A stretch of DNA of 64,000 nt from Mobula hypostoma (lineage: Eukaryota), in contig NC_086097.1 in NCBI RefSeq assembly GCF_963921235.1, forward strand, positions 192,822,001 through 192,886,000. The letters are read 5' to 3'. Positions 51,809-64,000 of this stretch are shown piece after piece (position 1 is the stretch's first letter; each line of letters opens with the position of its first letter). Made by a program: the position numbers and the translations under genes. The notes below the pieces were generated by a model, which worked only from the letters and a program-made list of their open reading frames with translations, searched no databases and had not been told where the DNA came from.

Positions 51809-51900
51809 CATATAGGCTAAGTGTTGTCAAGGACAGTGTTGGATACTGAAAGCCCCTTCTCAGTATCCAAAACTGTCCTTGACAACACTTAACCTATATG
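51809..51900. repeat. Near-perfect inverted repeat (41-bp arms, 10-nt spacer)
   Basis: catataggctaagtgttgtcaaggacagtgttggatactga (51809-51849) versus tcagtatccaaaactgtccttgacaacacttaacctatatg (51860-51900): two mismatches. Confidence 0.95.
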
Positions 51901-52294
51901 CCCCTGGCAGAAGCAATATGTGAACTACAAAGAAAGCACGTTCATATTCACTTTAATCAGTTATCAGATTCCTCAAGTTTTGGTTGAATTTTGGACACTC
52001 TTGATTTGAATTTAGAAGCTGAATAATTCTTTCCCCTTTGTTACACAAATCTATTTAATAACTAGCTCAAATAGAGGGCAACAAAAGCTTCAGACCTGAT
52101 TGATGAAAAAGGAGGCAGACTTTTGGAAGCAGCTTGGAACCTTGAATTTCTTTACCAGCTGTGGAATTTTATCTCCTCAACCTGCATGCTTTTTTTTTTG
52201 CAGAACTCGAATCACTGGCAAACAGTATGTCATGAAATTTGTTGTTTTTTGGCAGCAGTACCATGCAATACATAACAAGACATACATTGCAAAT

Positions 52295-52665
52295 ATATGG
52301 ATTCTGGTTAATTGGGCCATCTATTAGTTAATCAGGGCAGCCACTTATTTGGGACAACACTTAAAGAACAAAATCGAATTGACAAAATATCCAGGATTCC
52401 CTTCCTTTATTTGGGACACTATGCTACTGTTTAATTGGGACAAGAGAATATTACTGAACAGTTTCTAACCAGCGTCACTCTGGTGCACCTATGTGACTGT
52501 TAGACACTACGTGCTTAGTGCAAACAGTTTTAAGTAGTGTCAGTTGTGTGTGCTTGTGCTCAAAAGGCAGTGATTTTTGTCACCAGCAGGAAATAAGCAA
52601 TAAGATAATTCAGAAGTGTTTTGTTCACTGCAGTTTCAAACATTCAGGCTTGGAGATACTAGAAG
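52295..52665 (+). mobile_element. Tigger/pogo-like DNA transposon remnant
   Basis: Repeated aattggg(c/a)ca sub-terminal motifs; QEISNKIIQKCFVHCSFK resembles the post-DDE region of pogo transposases. Confidence 0.6.
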
Positions 52666-52669
52666 CGGA

Positions 52670-53452
52670 AGCTATTGTGCTACACCAGGGGCCACTGCCC
52701 TTCCGGGGTTTCGCTTGGCCAAAGATAAGCTCTGTTGTGGTCGACTGGAGAGTTGTTGGAGGCACTCGATGGACTTGGGCCTCAAGCTCTGGGTTCACTT
52801 GCTTTTCTGCCGCCTGGGAGAGACGTCTGAGCTATCGCGCTCTGCAAGGTCGCACAGCACAATTGTACTCAACTGAAGATTTTAATTGGATGGAGGGGTC
52901 TGGACTATATACATATATACTTGTCTGGTTGAGTTTTACTAATATTCCATATGTGCCTGTATGTATGAGGACTGGGTCTCTAAGCCACAGTATTGTCTAC
53001 CAGGCACTGGGGCTGGTCGCGAGATGATCTCAGTGGGCTGGGAGGTCAGGACTATATAATACATCTTCTGCATCATTGTATTGTTTTTTACTACTCTTCT
53101 GTATGTGCACGTATAGGCCAGGACAAGGCCTCAAAGCCTTGGTGTCGCCTAGCAGGCGTTGGAGCAGGTCGACATATGACATCAATGGGCTGGGGGGTCT
53201 GGATTTTATAGATACATATTCTGGGTTGTTGTATTTTACTGATATTCCAGATAGGTTTGTTAATTTGTATGCGCAAGGACTGGGCATCTAGCTGTGGTGT
53301 TGCAATGGGAAAAGTTGGGACTCTACTCCATGAATGTGTTCTTGTGTTTGACTGTTGGTACTGTGTTTTAGCACTTTAACCCCATAGTAACGCTGTCTGG
53401 TATGGCTGTATTCATGTGTGGTTGAATGACAATCAAACTTGAATTGAATTGA
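52670..53452 (+). mobile_element. Non-autonomous element with a Rex1-like 3' tail
   Basis: GC-rich head, internal repeats (gggctgg...gtctggact), ending tgaatgacaatcaaacttgaattgaattga like the tail at 8480-8512. Confidence 0.5.
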
Positions 53453-54699
53453 TCAGCTATGAAGAAGTGGTGGAGCAAACTCGATGGGCCAAATAGCCTA
53501 ATTCTGCTCCTATACCTTAAGGTCTTATGGTCTTTTCCAGTTCTGCACCATTGTAGAATTCTATTGGTTCTGATTTATCAGGCTATCCAATGTCCTCTTT
53601 TCATTAGCTTAGCCCATGCCTACAGCTAGTTTTACCTCATTGCTCTTCTCTAAAATAAGGTAATGCCTCTGAAGTCATTCCTTTATTTTTCCTTCCCTTG
53701 AATTGGACCACGTCAAACTAGTTACATCCAGTTGGTTAGACAATGGGCTCAGGTTATTTCAGTTTCCGCCCACATTCCTCCCTTTTTATAAACTTGCAAC
53801 GATTCTTCTACCTTATCAAAGAGCATCCTACAAATAACTTCTCCAACTCACCAGCACCTTCTCAAATGCAACTAGTGATGGGCAATAAATACTGGCCTTG
53901 ATGTTGGTGCCCAGATCATGAAAATGAATTTTAACAAGTAAAAGTGATAGAGGTAGGCCTTTCCTCCTCAACCTGCTAGGCCTATGTACAGAAATCAACA
54001 ACTGCATCCTTCTGCAGTAGCCTTCATCATTCATACATTCATTTTGTTACATTGCTTTCCAGTCAGGAGCTCACATCTATTGTTTCTCTCTCTTACAGCA
54101 TTTTATTACTTTCAGAGCCCCTCAGATCTTTCCCTATGGCCCTTTCGTCTCACCTCAAGCCTGCTGGCCTGAACTAAAATCACTTGAAATGGTGGACCAC
54201 ATATGTTCAAGAAAGCCCACCACCTGCAGAGGGGTACTAAAAGATGGGTGGTAAGTGCTGGCCTTACCAATGCTAAACGAACAAAGAAGAAATCCATTTC
54301 AATAGTGTTCCAAGCAGATACTACTCAACTTCACCAGCCTCTCTCAACCTCTCCACTCTCCTTTCTAGCATTCTGTATGAAATGAGTGAATGTTTCCTGC
54401 AGCTATTGGAAAAGAAACTTCCTCTCTTGTCCATTTCTATGCCTTACCATAACAACTACCTGAGACTGAGGCACACTGTCCAAGCTATTAGCCCGACAAA
54501 CCTTGGACTATGTAGCCATATCTACTGCTGAGACTGACGATTTTCACATCTGCAACATCATTTGACCTCCAACAAGTGCTGCTGGAACTCTCATCTTTGT
54601 TTTTGTTTCCTCTGGCCTGGCTACTCCAGTGAGTGCTCTCCCTTACTCTACTGTTCACAACTTTGAGATTATCCAAGAGGCTCACCAATGCCTCTACTT

Positions 54700-55310
54700 C
54701 ATCAGGAGGACAAAGACATTTGCACGTCCCCGTCAACCCTCATCAATCTGCACCTTAATGCACAATAGAAAGCATCCTATCTGGATGCACCATGGCTTGG
54801 TATAGCAACTGCTCTGCACGTGACCACAAGAAACTGCAGAGAGTTGTGCTCACAACTCAACACTCATAGAAACTAGACTCCCCTCTATGAACTCTGTCTA
54901 TACTTTTCTCTGTATCAGTAAAGTAGCCAGCATAATCTAAGACCCCACCCATCCAGAACATCCCCTCCTCTCTCTTCATTCATCGATAAAACTTACAATA
55001 GCCTGAAAGCATGTACCACCAGACTCAAGGCTAGCTTCTATCCACTGATATAAGACTATTAAATAGTCCCCTAAAATGATAAATTGAAACTTGACTTCAC
55101 AATCTACCTCATTATGATCTTGCACCTTATTATTTGCATGCATTGCACTTTTTCTATAGCTGCTACACTTAATTCTGTATTTTTATTGTGTAACTTATTC
55201 TACTTCAGTACACTGTATAATGATCTGATCAACATGAACAGAATACAAGACAAGCTTTTCACTGTATCTCAGTACATTTGACAATAATAAACCAACTCCA
55301 ATTCTAATTT
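54700..55310 (+). mobile_element. Rex1 3' fragment
   Basis: IESILSGCTMAWYSNC...KKLQRVV and DPTHP remnants. Confidence 0.8.
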
Positions 55311-56092
55311 CAAATGTGTGTTATCATGTGTACCATATTCCTAACCCATTGTAACCAGGTAGATAATTAATTAAATCCATGATCTTTTAAAGTACAAATT
55401 CCAGGTTAAACTTTGATACTGGAAAGATTTGATACTTTTGAGATCAGTAAAGATCCTAATGAGAACAGATGAATCAGCTATCTGGAGTGTTGTTCATCTG
55501 TCTCTGGTGAGAAAATAAAACAGAAATAATACCCCATATATGTAAATGAAAGCCATGATCCCTATTTTAGGGCTTCTCTATTAAGTAAGCCAGCACTGAG
55601 TGCCAGAAGATACTAAGCAAGGTGATACTTAGAACAAAATCTCAGTAATCTAACAGCATGTCTCAAAATACCGCCTGTGAAATACTTTTACATTTGTTGC
55701 CTCAAGCCCTCATAAAATCTAGCAGGGCATATGTTCAAGCAGTTACCAACGATTGAAAGGTTTGGCATGCTGATATTTTCAAAAATCCTGACACACAGAA
55801 TCATTGTAATACAACCCAGATGCAAGACCACATACAGACATATAGGATAGACTGCAGGCTTTACTCATGCATATTATGATGATCTTTCCACTGCCAAGAA
55901 TTTTATTTTATATCATAAAACATTGCTAAGAGTGTGACAATGCAGTCCATTTTATATCCCACATGAGTTAAAAGATGTAACTGCCTTTCAACATATTTTC
56001 ACATTTTATGCTTTTGAACAAAATCTCTCTATGTCACATTGCTTCTTTACTTCATACTGCATTATAAAGGAAAAGAAATATTAGATAATATA

Positions 56093-56404
56093 ATAAGGCA
56101 TCCGTTAGTCTTGAAAGACCATGGATCTGCACCTGGAAAGTCTTCACTCTCCAGGGCGCAGGCCTGGGCAAGGTTGTATGGAAGACCAGCAGTTGCCCAT
56201 GCTGCAAGTCTCCCCTCTGCACGACACCGATGTTGTCCAAGGGAAAGGCAAGGGCCGATACAGCTTGGCACCACTGTCGTCGCAGAGCACTGTGTGGTTA
56301 AGTGCCTTGCTCAAGGACACAACACGCTGCCTCGGCTGGGGCTCAAAATCGCACCCTTCAGGTCGCTAGTCGAATGCCTTAACCATTTGGCCACGTGCCC
56401 ACAC
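56093..56404 (-). mobile_element. tRNA-derived SINE with 13-bp TSD
   Basis: Minus strand has A-box TGGCCAAATGG, a degenerate B-box and the core gtgtccttgagcaaggcacttaacc. TSD attagataatata at 56080-56092 and 56405-56417. Confidence 0.88.
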
Positions 56405-56822
56405 ATTAGATAATATACAACATAAGTAAATAGCAGTAATTGGCCACTTGGTCACTCAAACCTACCTCACTGTTCAGGGTGATCTACCGGGCATCATTTC
56501 TTCTTCTGTACCAGTTCCCTACAGTCCTCAAGTCCTTTACCTTCCAAAATTTTAATACCCCTAATGATCTCATCACCAAACTATCTAGGGAAGAAATTTT
56601 TTAAAGTTTCACCCCAATCTGTGAGCTGTACTTCAGTTTTAAATTACCACTCCCTAATCTTGTAACTAGGTCCTCTTGTTCAAGGTTATCCCAGTAATAG
56701 AAATATCTTAACATTTACCCTGTTATGACAGGGATAAGAGTCCCATAATTCGTCTCATTTTGAAGACTAATGAAAGAGGTAGGGCTGCAAAGGAAAAGTG
56801 AATATTTTCTTCAAGCTCATAC

Positions 56823-56865
56823 CTGACACAGAATGTGCTGTCTTTGATGACCTTACATCACTCAG
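56823..56865 (-). CDS. Possible further upstream exon (LSDVRSSKTAHSVS)
   Basis: tttttag acceptor and CAG|gtatga donor, phase 0->1, compatible with the 48696 exon. It is short, so it could be chance. Confidence 0.3.
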
Positions 56866-57289
56866 CTAAAAATATATATTTGTGGTGAAGCACATCGGCT
56901 GTTTCTAGGGTTCTTCCTATTCCAGCCTAGTAGTTGTGATCACTGCTGACATTAGTTGTAGAAGCAATTGATGCTGGTTGTTCTGAGTTTATTGCAGTCC
57001 AACTCAGCCAGCTATTACTATTTCTAGTGTACTACCTTTCATATTGTGACATTTTTAAATGCTTTAAAACTGATCAATATCATTAATTTCCAGTTTAGGT
57101 AATAGGAAGTAGCTCCCTGAAAGAGATCATTCCAGAAAAGCTTTTTATCTATTTGCTATTTATTGAGTACTGTTTCGAAGAAGGCTGTAAGTCATTCAAT
57201 CACAGTTGCATTTTGAAAATTTTGCAGCCACCTATTAATTTAATGTTTTCAAAAATAAGTTGAATAAATACAAGAAAAGCAGAATAAGG

Positions 57290-60200
57290 TATTTATTATC
57301 CCACCTAACCCCATTATCCTGCCTTCTCTCCATAACTTTTTGATGCCGTGACTAATCAAGAATCTATCAACCTCTCCTTTAAATATACCAATTGACTTTG
57401 CTTCCATAGCTGTCTGTGCAATGAATTCCACAGAATCACTCCCTCTGGATAAAGATATTCCTCCTCCTCCTCTCTATTCTAAATGGATGTCCCTCTATTC
57501 TGAGGCTGTGCCCTTTGGTCACACACTCACCCACTATAGAAAACATCCTCCCCACATCCACTCTATCTAGACCTTTCAATACACAATAGATTTCAATGTG
57601 ATTCCACCTTCATTCTTCTAAATTCAAGCGAGCCATCAAATGATCTTCATACATTAACCTTCCCACTCCGGTAATCAGTCTGGTGAACCCCCTCTGGACC
57701 CTTTCCAATGCCAGCACATCCTTTCTTAGGTAAGGGCCCAAAATTCCTCCCAATACTCAAGTGTGGCCTGACCACTGCCTTATAAAGCCTCAGCATCACA
57801 TTCTTGCTTTTATATTCTAGTCCTCTTGAAATGAATGCTAATATTGCATTTGCTTTCCTTCCCACTGACTCAACCTGCAAGTTAACCTTTAGGGAATCCT
57901 ACAAGAAGACTTTCAAGTCCCTTTGCACCTCATGTTTTTTTAATTTTCTCCCCCTTTAGAAAATAGTCTACACCTTTATTTCTTCTATCAAAGTGCATGA
58001 CCATACACTTCTCTACGCTATATTGCATCTGCTATTTTGCCCATTCTCCAAATCTGGTTAAGTCCATTAATTCTGTCATCTAAATCATTGACATATGACA
58101 TGAAAAGAAGTGGTCCCACACGTGGTCCCTGCGGAACACCACTAGTCACTAGCAGCCAACCGGAAAAGATCTCCTTTTTTCCCACTCCACACCTCCTGCC
58201 AGTCACCCAGTCTTCTATTCATGCTAGTATTTCTTCCTGTAATAGAATGGGCTCTTATATTGTTATGCAGCTTCATGTGCAGCACCTTGTCAAGTGCCTT
58301 CTGAAATTCCAAGTATACAACATCCACTGACTCTTCTTTGCCTATCCCACCTGTTATTTCCTCAAAGAATTCCATCAGATTTGTCAGGTAAGATTTCCAC
58401 TTAAGGAAGCCATGCTGACTTTGACCTACTTTATCACAGGCCACTATGTATTCCTGAACACCATCCTTAATCATGCACACTAATATCTTTCCAACCACTG
58501 AAGTCAGACTAAATGGCCCACAATTTCCTTTCTTCTGCTTCCCTCCCTTAAAGAGTGGAGTGACATTTGCAATTTTCCATTCCTCCGGAACCATTCCAGA
58601 ATCTAGTGAACGCTTCCACAATTTCTTCAGCTACCTGTTTCACAAACTTGGGTCCATCTGGTCATGATGACTTATCTAACTTCAGACTGTTTAGCTTCCC
58701 AAGCACCTTCTCCTTTATAATAGCAACTACACTCACTTCTGCCTCCCGGCAGTTTTGAAATTTTGGCATACCGCTAGTCTGATAGAATATGCTTATTAAG
58801 TTTATCTGTCACTTCTTTGTCCCCCATTACCATCTCTCCAGCAACATTCTCTCTGCTTCTCATGTCATTTTTTTTCTCCTATGGCTTTTTAGTTGCCTTC
58901 TCTTGGGTTTTAACAACTACCCAATCCTCTAACTTCCCACTAATTTTTGCTATATTATACGCCCTCTCTTTTGTTTTTATACTGTTTTGACTTTCCTTGT
59001 CAGCCATGTTTGCATCATCTTTCTTTTTGAATACTTCTTCATCCTTGGGATGTAAATATCCGATATCTTCCAATTTGCTCCCAGAAACTCCAGGTATTGC
59101 TGTTCTACCATCATCCATGCGAGTGGCCCCTTCCAATCAACTCCTCTCCCATGCCTCTGTAATTCCCTTTAATACTGAGGTACTGTATCTGATTTTATCT
59201 ACTCCCTCTCAAACTGCAGCTGAATTCATCATATTATGATCACTGTCTTCCAAGGATTCCTATACCTTAAGCTCCCTTATCAAATCTGTTTCACTACACA
59301 ACATCCAATCATGACTGCCTTCCTTCTAGTGGACTCAGCCACAAGCTGCTCTAAATAGCCATCTCTTAGGCATTCTACAAATTCCATCTTTTGGGTTTCA
59401 CCACCAGCCTGATCTATCTGCATATTGAAATCCCCCATGACTATTGTAACATTGCCCTATTGAAATACATTTTCTACCTCCTGTGTGACTTGTATCCCAC
59501 ATGCTGGCTACAGTTTGGAGGTCTGCATGCATCTCCCATCAGGATATTTTTGCTCTTGCAGTCTTTTAACTTTACCCTCAGGGAATCTTTTGATCCTATG
59601 TCACCTCTCTCTAAAGATTTGGTTTCATTTTACCAACAGAACCTCTCCTCCCCTCTCTGCCTACCTGTCTGCCCTTTTAATACAATGTGTATCCTTGGAT
59701 ATTAAACTCCAGCTATGATCTTTTTTCACCCTTGACTCAGTGATGCCCATAATGTCATACGTGCCAATCTTTAACTGCGCTACAAGATCATCTACCTTAT
59801 TCCGTACAGTACGTTCATTCAAATATAACACCTTCAGTCCTGTATTTACCACAATTTTTGATTTTTCTGCCATGTTACACTTCAACTCATCCCACTGACT
59901 GCAGTTCTGCCCTATCATCTGCCTGTCCTTCCTCACTGCGCACTGCATCTACTTGTATACCAATTGCCCTATCCTCAACCCTATTACTCCAGTTCCCATC
60001 ACCCTGACAAGTTAGTTTAAACCTTTCCCAACAGGTAGCAAATCTGCCCACTAAGATACTAGTTCCCTTGAGTCCAGGGGTAACCTTTTTGTATAGGTCA
60101 TACCTTCCCAAGAAGTGATACTAATGATCGAGAAATCTGAAAACATCTCCCCGCACCAATTCCTCAGCTACACATTCATCTGCCAAAAATCCAATTCTTA

Positions 60201-61360
60201 CCTTCACTGGTGTGTGGCACAGGCAGCAGTCCAAAGATTACTACCATGGAGCTCCTGCTTTTCAGCTCTCTACCTAGCTCCCTATATTCTCTCTTCCAGT
60301 CCCATTTCCTACCTATGATTTTGGTACCAATATGTACTGGCTACCCAGTCTACCCCTTCAGAACACTGTGCACACAATCCCTGACCCTGGCAACTGGGAA
60401 CCCACAAACCATCTGGGTATCTTCTTCATATCCACAGAATCCATTGTCTTCTCTTCTAACTATGAAATACCCTATCACGACTGCATTTCTTTTCTTCAGC
60501 TCCCTCCTCTTCTGAGCCACAGAGCCAGAGTCAGTGCCAGAGACCTGACTGCTGTGAATTTTCTCTGATAGGTCATTCTGCCCCCTCCCCCAACAGTACC
60601 AAAGTACCTATTGTTGAGGGAAACGGCTGCAGAGGTCCTCTACACTGGCTCCCTATCCCCCTCCTGACGGTCATCCATTTACCTGTGTCCTTTGGGTGCA
60701 ACTACCTCCCTGTATATCCTATCGATCAACTTCTCAGCTTCCCGAATGATCCAGAGCTCATCCAGTTCCAGCTCTGATTCCTTAACATGGTCCAAAAGAA
60801 GCTGCAGCTGGATGCACCTCTTGCAGATGTAGTCATCAGGGACATGGGGTGGGGGCATGGTTCTCCCTGCCTTCCCATAGATCCCACAAGAGAAGCATTC
60901 CACTATCCTTCCTGGCATCTCCACTGCTCTAACTGTGTAATAAGAAAGAAAAAGAAAAAAATAAGTTTTAAAAGATCCTTCTACCTCTCCTCGCTGAAGT
61001 CTCTATAAGCCAAAGTCTGATCTCCCCATTCGTAAACTGGTCCTCTCCCACAATGGCTGCTCCACTTAAACCTAACTTCTTTTTATTGGCCCTTCCCAAG
61101 TGCCTAATTATGTAGAACTCAATGTCTCCTTGATGTGCAGAATGTCCCTACTGTCCGCACTCGCTTCTTTTAAACTCTGTCTTCTGCTACACAATTCAAT
61201 GTCTCCTTGGGAAGGTGGTACACAGAATGTCCTAGCTGCCTCTGCTCACTTCTTTTGAACACTCTCTTCTACTAGACAGTCCAATATCTCCTCAGGTACC
61301 GCGGCGCATACAATTTCCCAACAGCCCTTGCTCGCTTCTTTTGAACTCTCTTTCCACTAT
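57290..61360 (-). mobile_element. CR1 LINE, near full length including 5' UTR
   Basis: ORF1 zinc finger VECFSCGI...DDYICKRCIQLQLL (60679-60924), YLNERTVRNK (59661-59948), VPEEWKIANVTPLFK...QHGF (58142-58621), GVPQG. Confidence 0.93.
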
Positions 61361-62504
61361 GCAGTCTAGTTCCTCCTCGGGATCCATGGCATGCTGAAAT
61401 GTTCATACTTCTCTCACAACTCCAGAAACCATGTGTGTAGCCACCCCAAGACCCAGTGAATCCGAACACTCACATGCACAATGGTTTACAAATTGTGCAG
61501 AGAAGAAATTTCCAGCCCCCCACTTCAAGTAAACAACTCTGAGTCATATACACAGCAAAGGCATTTCTGTGATCAAAACAATCTCTACCACTCACCATCA
61601 AAAATGACACAGTCAGAACTTTCCTTTCATTTGAAAGACCTCTCTTGTTTGCTTCATAGGCCTGCATCTTTAAGAGAGAAAGCCGGGGCTGTTCATCCTT
61701 TCCTGACAGGTACACTCTTGGATTGCTGTCCTTCTCATTTATTCATGGTATATGTAATTTGGTGGAATTTATCAACTATCTCTAATTGCTCTGAACTCCC
61801 TGCTTTCTTGGTCTATAGGAGTCAACCACTTGCACCCTTTCCAATGCCTCTTTTCCTTTTTGAGCTGAAGCTGCCAAATTTGGAACATTAGATGATCAAA
61901 CCAGCATTCTATGTGTATATCTATACACATATCTATTTAGAATGACTTTCTGTCCCTCTAGAAATAAAGCCTACTGCTTAGTTTGCCATCTGTGGCCTTG
62001 GATTTGGCCTCATTAACTTGTGTTGCTGCTTTTAGGAATTTGATTAACTTTAATCCTCAATCCCTCTGCTTCCCTAACTCACTTACATTCCTCTTTTGCA
62101 ATATGTGGCATCCGTATATTTCACAATCAAAATGCTCCTCCTCACATTAAATGTATTGAATTCATCCATCATATGTGACTCTGGAAGTTTATTAATGTCT
62201 TATTTGCAATCTTTCTCTGTATTAACTACCTCAGCCCCAATTTGTAATGACATATGCAAATTTTGAATGTTGATTTTTTGATTCCGAATTTTAGATTGTA
62301 AATATAAACTATAAACAATTTTATATATGTAAATCATTGTGGATCAGCCAAATGATATTCCAAAATTTTCCATTCAAACATACTGCTCAACTGCATGAAA
62401 CAAACTCTTGATGTGGACTGATGCCATGCTTTCTGTTAATTATGTTGGATACCATTCAAAACCAATATTTGTTCATAAATCAAATTAGCTCTGTCATTAC
62501 ATAG

Positions 62505-62820
62505 AGGATAGCCAGCACCTCTTCCCCAGGGCACCACTGCTCAATGCAAGAGGACATGGCTTTAAGATAAGGGGTGGGAAGTTCAAGGGGGATAATAGAG
62601 GAAGGTTTTTTTACTCAGAGAGTGGTTGGTGCGTGGAATGCACTGCCTGAGTCAGTGGTGGAGGCAGATACACTAGTGAAGTTTAAGAGACTACTAGACA
62701 GGTATATGGAGGAATTTAAGGTGGGGGGTTATATGGGAGGCAGGGTTTGAGGGTCAGCACAACATTGTGGGCTGAAGGGCCTGTAATGTGCTGTACTATT
62801 CTATGTTCTATGTTCTATGA
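62505..62820 (+). mobile_element. Young CR1 3' end
   Basis: FFTQRVVGAWNALPESVVEADTL, with a (ttctatg)n tail. Confidence 0.9.
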
Positions 62821-63154
62821 AGTGCACATCTACATAGAAGACATTTAAGATTACAGAATATCAGCAGTAAAAGCAAGTGTTTTGGAATCAGGCACTGAGA
62901 TCCTGAAATTCCATGCCACAATCTCAGCAATTCTGTAATGATGAATCTCTCTTTGCCAGATTCTTGCAACCTCTATTTTCCTTTGATCCCTCCAATCCTC
63001 CTCAACCTTGCACTTGGAGTCCTTCACCATTCTCCATTTTTATTTCTTAAACTAGTGACATCAAATTGGGCAACAATGATTCAAGTAACATTGCATGTTT
63101 AACTCAAACAATTCAGAACTTGTCAAGCTTCCACTCCCATTAAACCATGTCAGG

Positions 63155-63675
63155 TGAGAGCCCCCGTCACTCAGAGTTGACCATGGATATTGCGTCCTAG
63201 CCATCTGGATACACAAGCATGGGCAGTATGATATGGAGAGCAAGCTGTTGCCCATGTAGCAAGCTCCCCCTCTCCATGCGCCTGATGAACCCAAAGGAAC
63301 AGCAGACACTGATACAGTTTGGTGCCAGAAGCATCGCAGGAGTTGCCAGTCAGCATTGAACTCAATGTAGGACTGCCTTGGGGACCCCAGCTCCAGATTT
63401 TTCCCATGGGGTTTAGTCCCAAACCTTCTCCATTGGTGGGTATAGCCACAAGACAACGAAGCTTTGAGATCAGTGTTTTGCTTCTCCTAGATGAGCTGCA
63501 AACTATGGCTAACGAACCCCATCTGTCCAAAGCGAGTGGTTTTAAGGCACCAGTAACCCACCTTTGCCCCTCCTCCTGTCAGTAGAAACAGTCCACTAGA
63601 CTCAGTAGCTGAGCAACACATAAAGGCCAGGAGCTGGACTTGGTTGTCAGAAGCTATTGGAGGTATTCACCATAT
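63155..63675 (-). mobile_element. Non-autonomous RTE-like retroelement (second copy)
   Basis: Reverse-complement homology to 9745-10305; both give the pseudo-ORF SSxRRxKTLISxLxCL. Confidence 0.65.
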
Positions 63676-64000
63676 TGCATAACTTAATGGAGTTATGAAT
63701 TACTCAATTCATTGTTCAAGAAGGGTAGGAAAAACAGGCCAGGAAACTAGAGATGGGTGAGCCTGACTAAAATCCTAACATATTATTTGAGCATAAACAT
63801 CTAATCTATTGAATTTAATTAGATTCTCATGTGCCAATAGAATCAGAATCAGATTTATTCTCACTGACAAATGTGAAATTTGTTGTTTTGCGGCAGCAAT
63901 ACAGTGCAATACATTAAAAATTACTACAGGTTACAATAAGAATTACAAGTTGACTATGTCTTCAAGCTCCTGTACCTCTTCCTTGATTTTAGTACTGAGA

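Noticed and set aside
52518..53027. 169-aa ORF
   Set aside because: It runs across the junction between a Tigger-like remnant and another repeat, so it is most likely a chance read-through.
55380..55504. Strong minus-strand acceptor (ttttattttctcaccag)
   Set aside because: All three frames hit a stop within 30 nt.
50807..61670. Other possible upstream exons (VLVWNEKVFFGWWLNLLKEVR at about 50807-50870; MQAYEANKRGLSNERKVLTVSFLM at about 61597-61668)
   Set aside because: Splice signals are plausible, but there is no independent support and several mutually exclusive joins are possible.
1..64000. CRISPR arrays, rRNA or tRNA genes, operons, intact autonomous transposons
   Set aside because: No regularly spaced repeat-spacer array. 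tRNA-like boxes occur only as SINE heads, and every transposon ORF is truncated or interrupted.

Overview
Repeat-dense vertebrate genomic DNA, most likely from a cartilaginous fish such as a ray or shark. That assignment is inferred from the dominance of esterase-ORF1 CR1 LINEs together with Rex1/Babar, Penelope-like elements and V-domain tRNA-SINEs. Most of the window is decayed, often nested transposable elements: CR1, Rex1, Penelope-like, L1/Tx1, Nimb/I-like, RTE-like, Gypsy, Tc1/mariner and Tigger. Between them I can assemble a chain of seven small phase-compatible GT-AG exons on the minus strand (48696 to 9098), encoding about 210 aa of an unrecognised protein, possibly with an O-fucosyltransferase-like fold (low confidence). 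The most notable structures are: (1) an intronless RBM25 fragment embedded in a Gypsy remnant in place of RT-RNaseH-integrase, suggesting LTR-mediated gene capture; (2) Penelope-derived repeats carrying minimal hammerhead ribozyme cores, including an inverted two-arm insertion with a 14-bp TSD; (3) an isolated 41-bp-stem hairpin; (4) a sequence module shared between a tRNA-SINE and an RTE-like element. I see no prokaryotic-type systems. All calls are by eye, and repeat boundaries are approximate unless a TSD is given.
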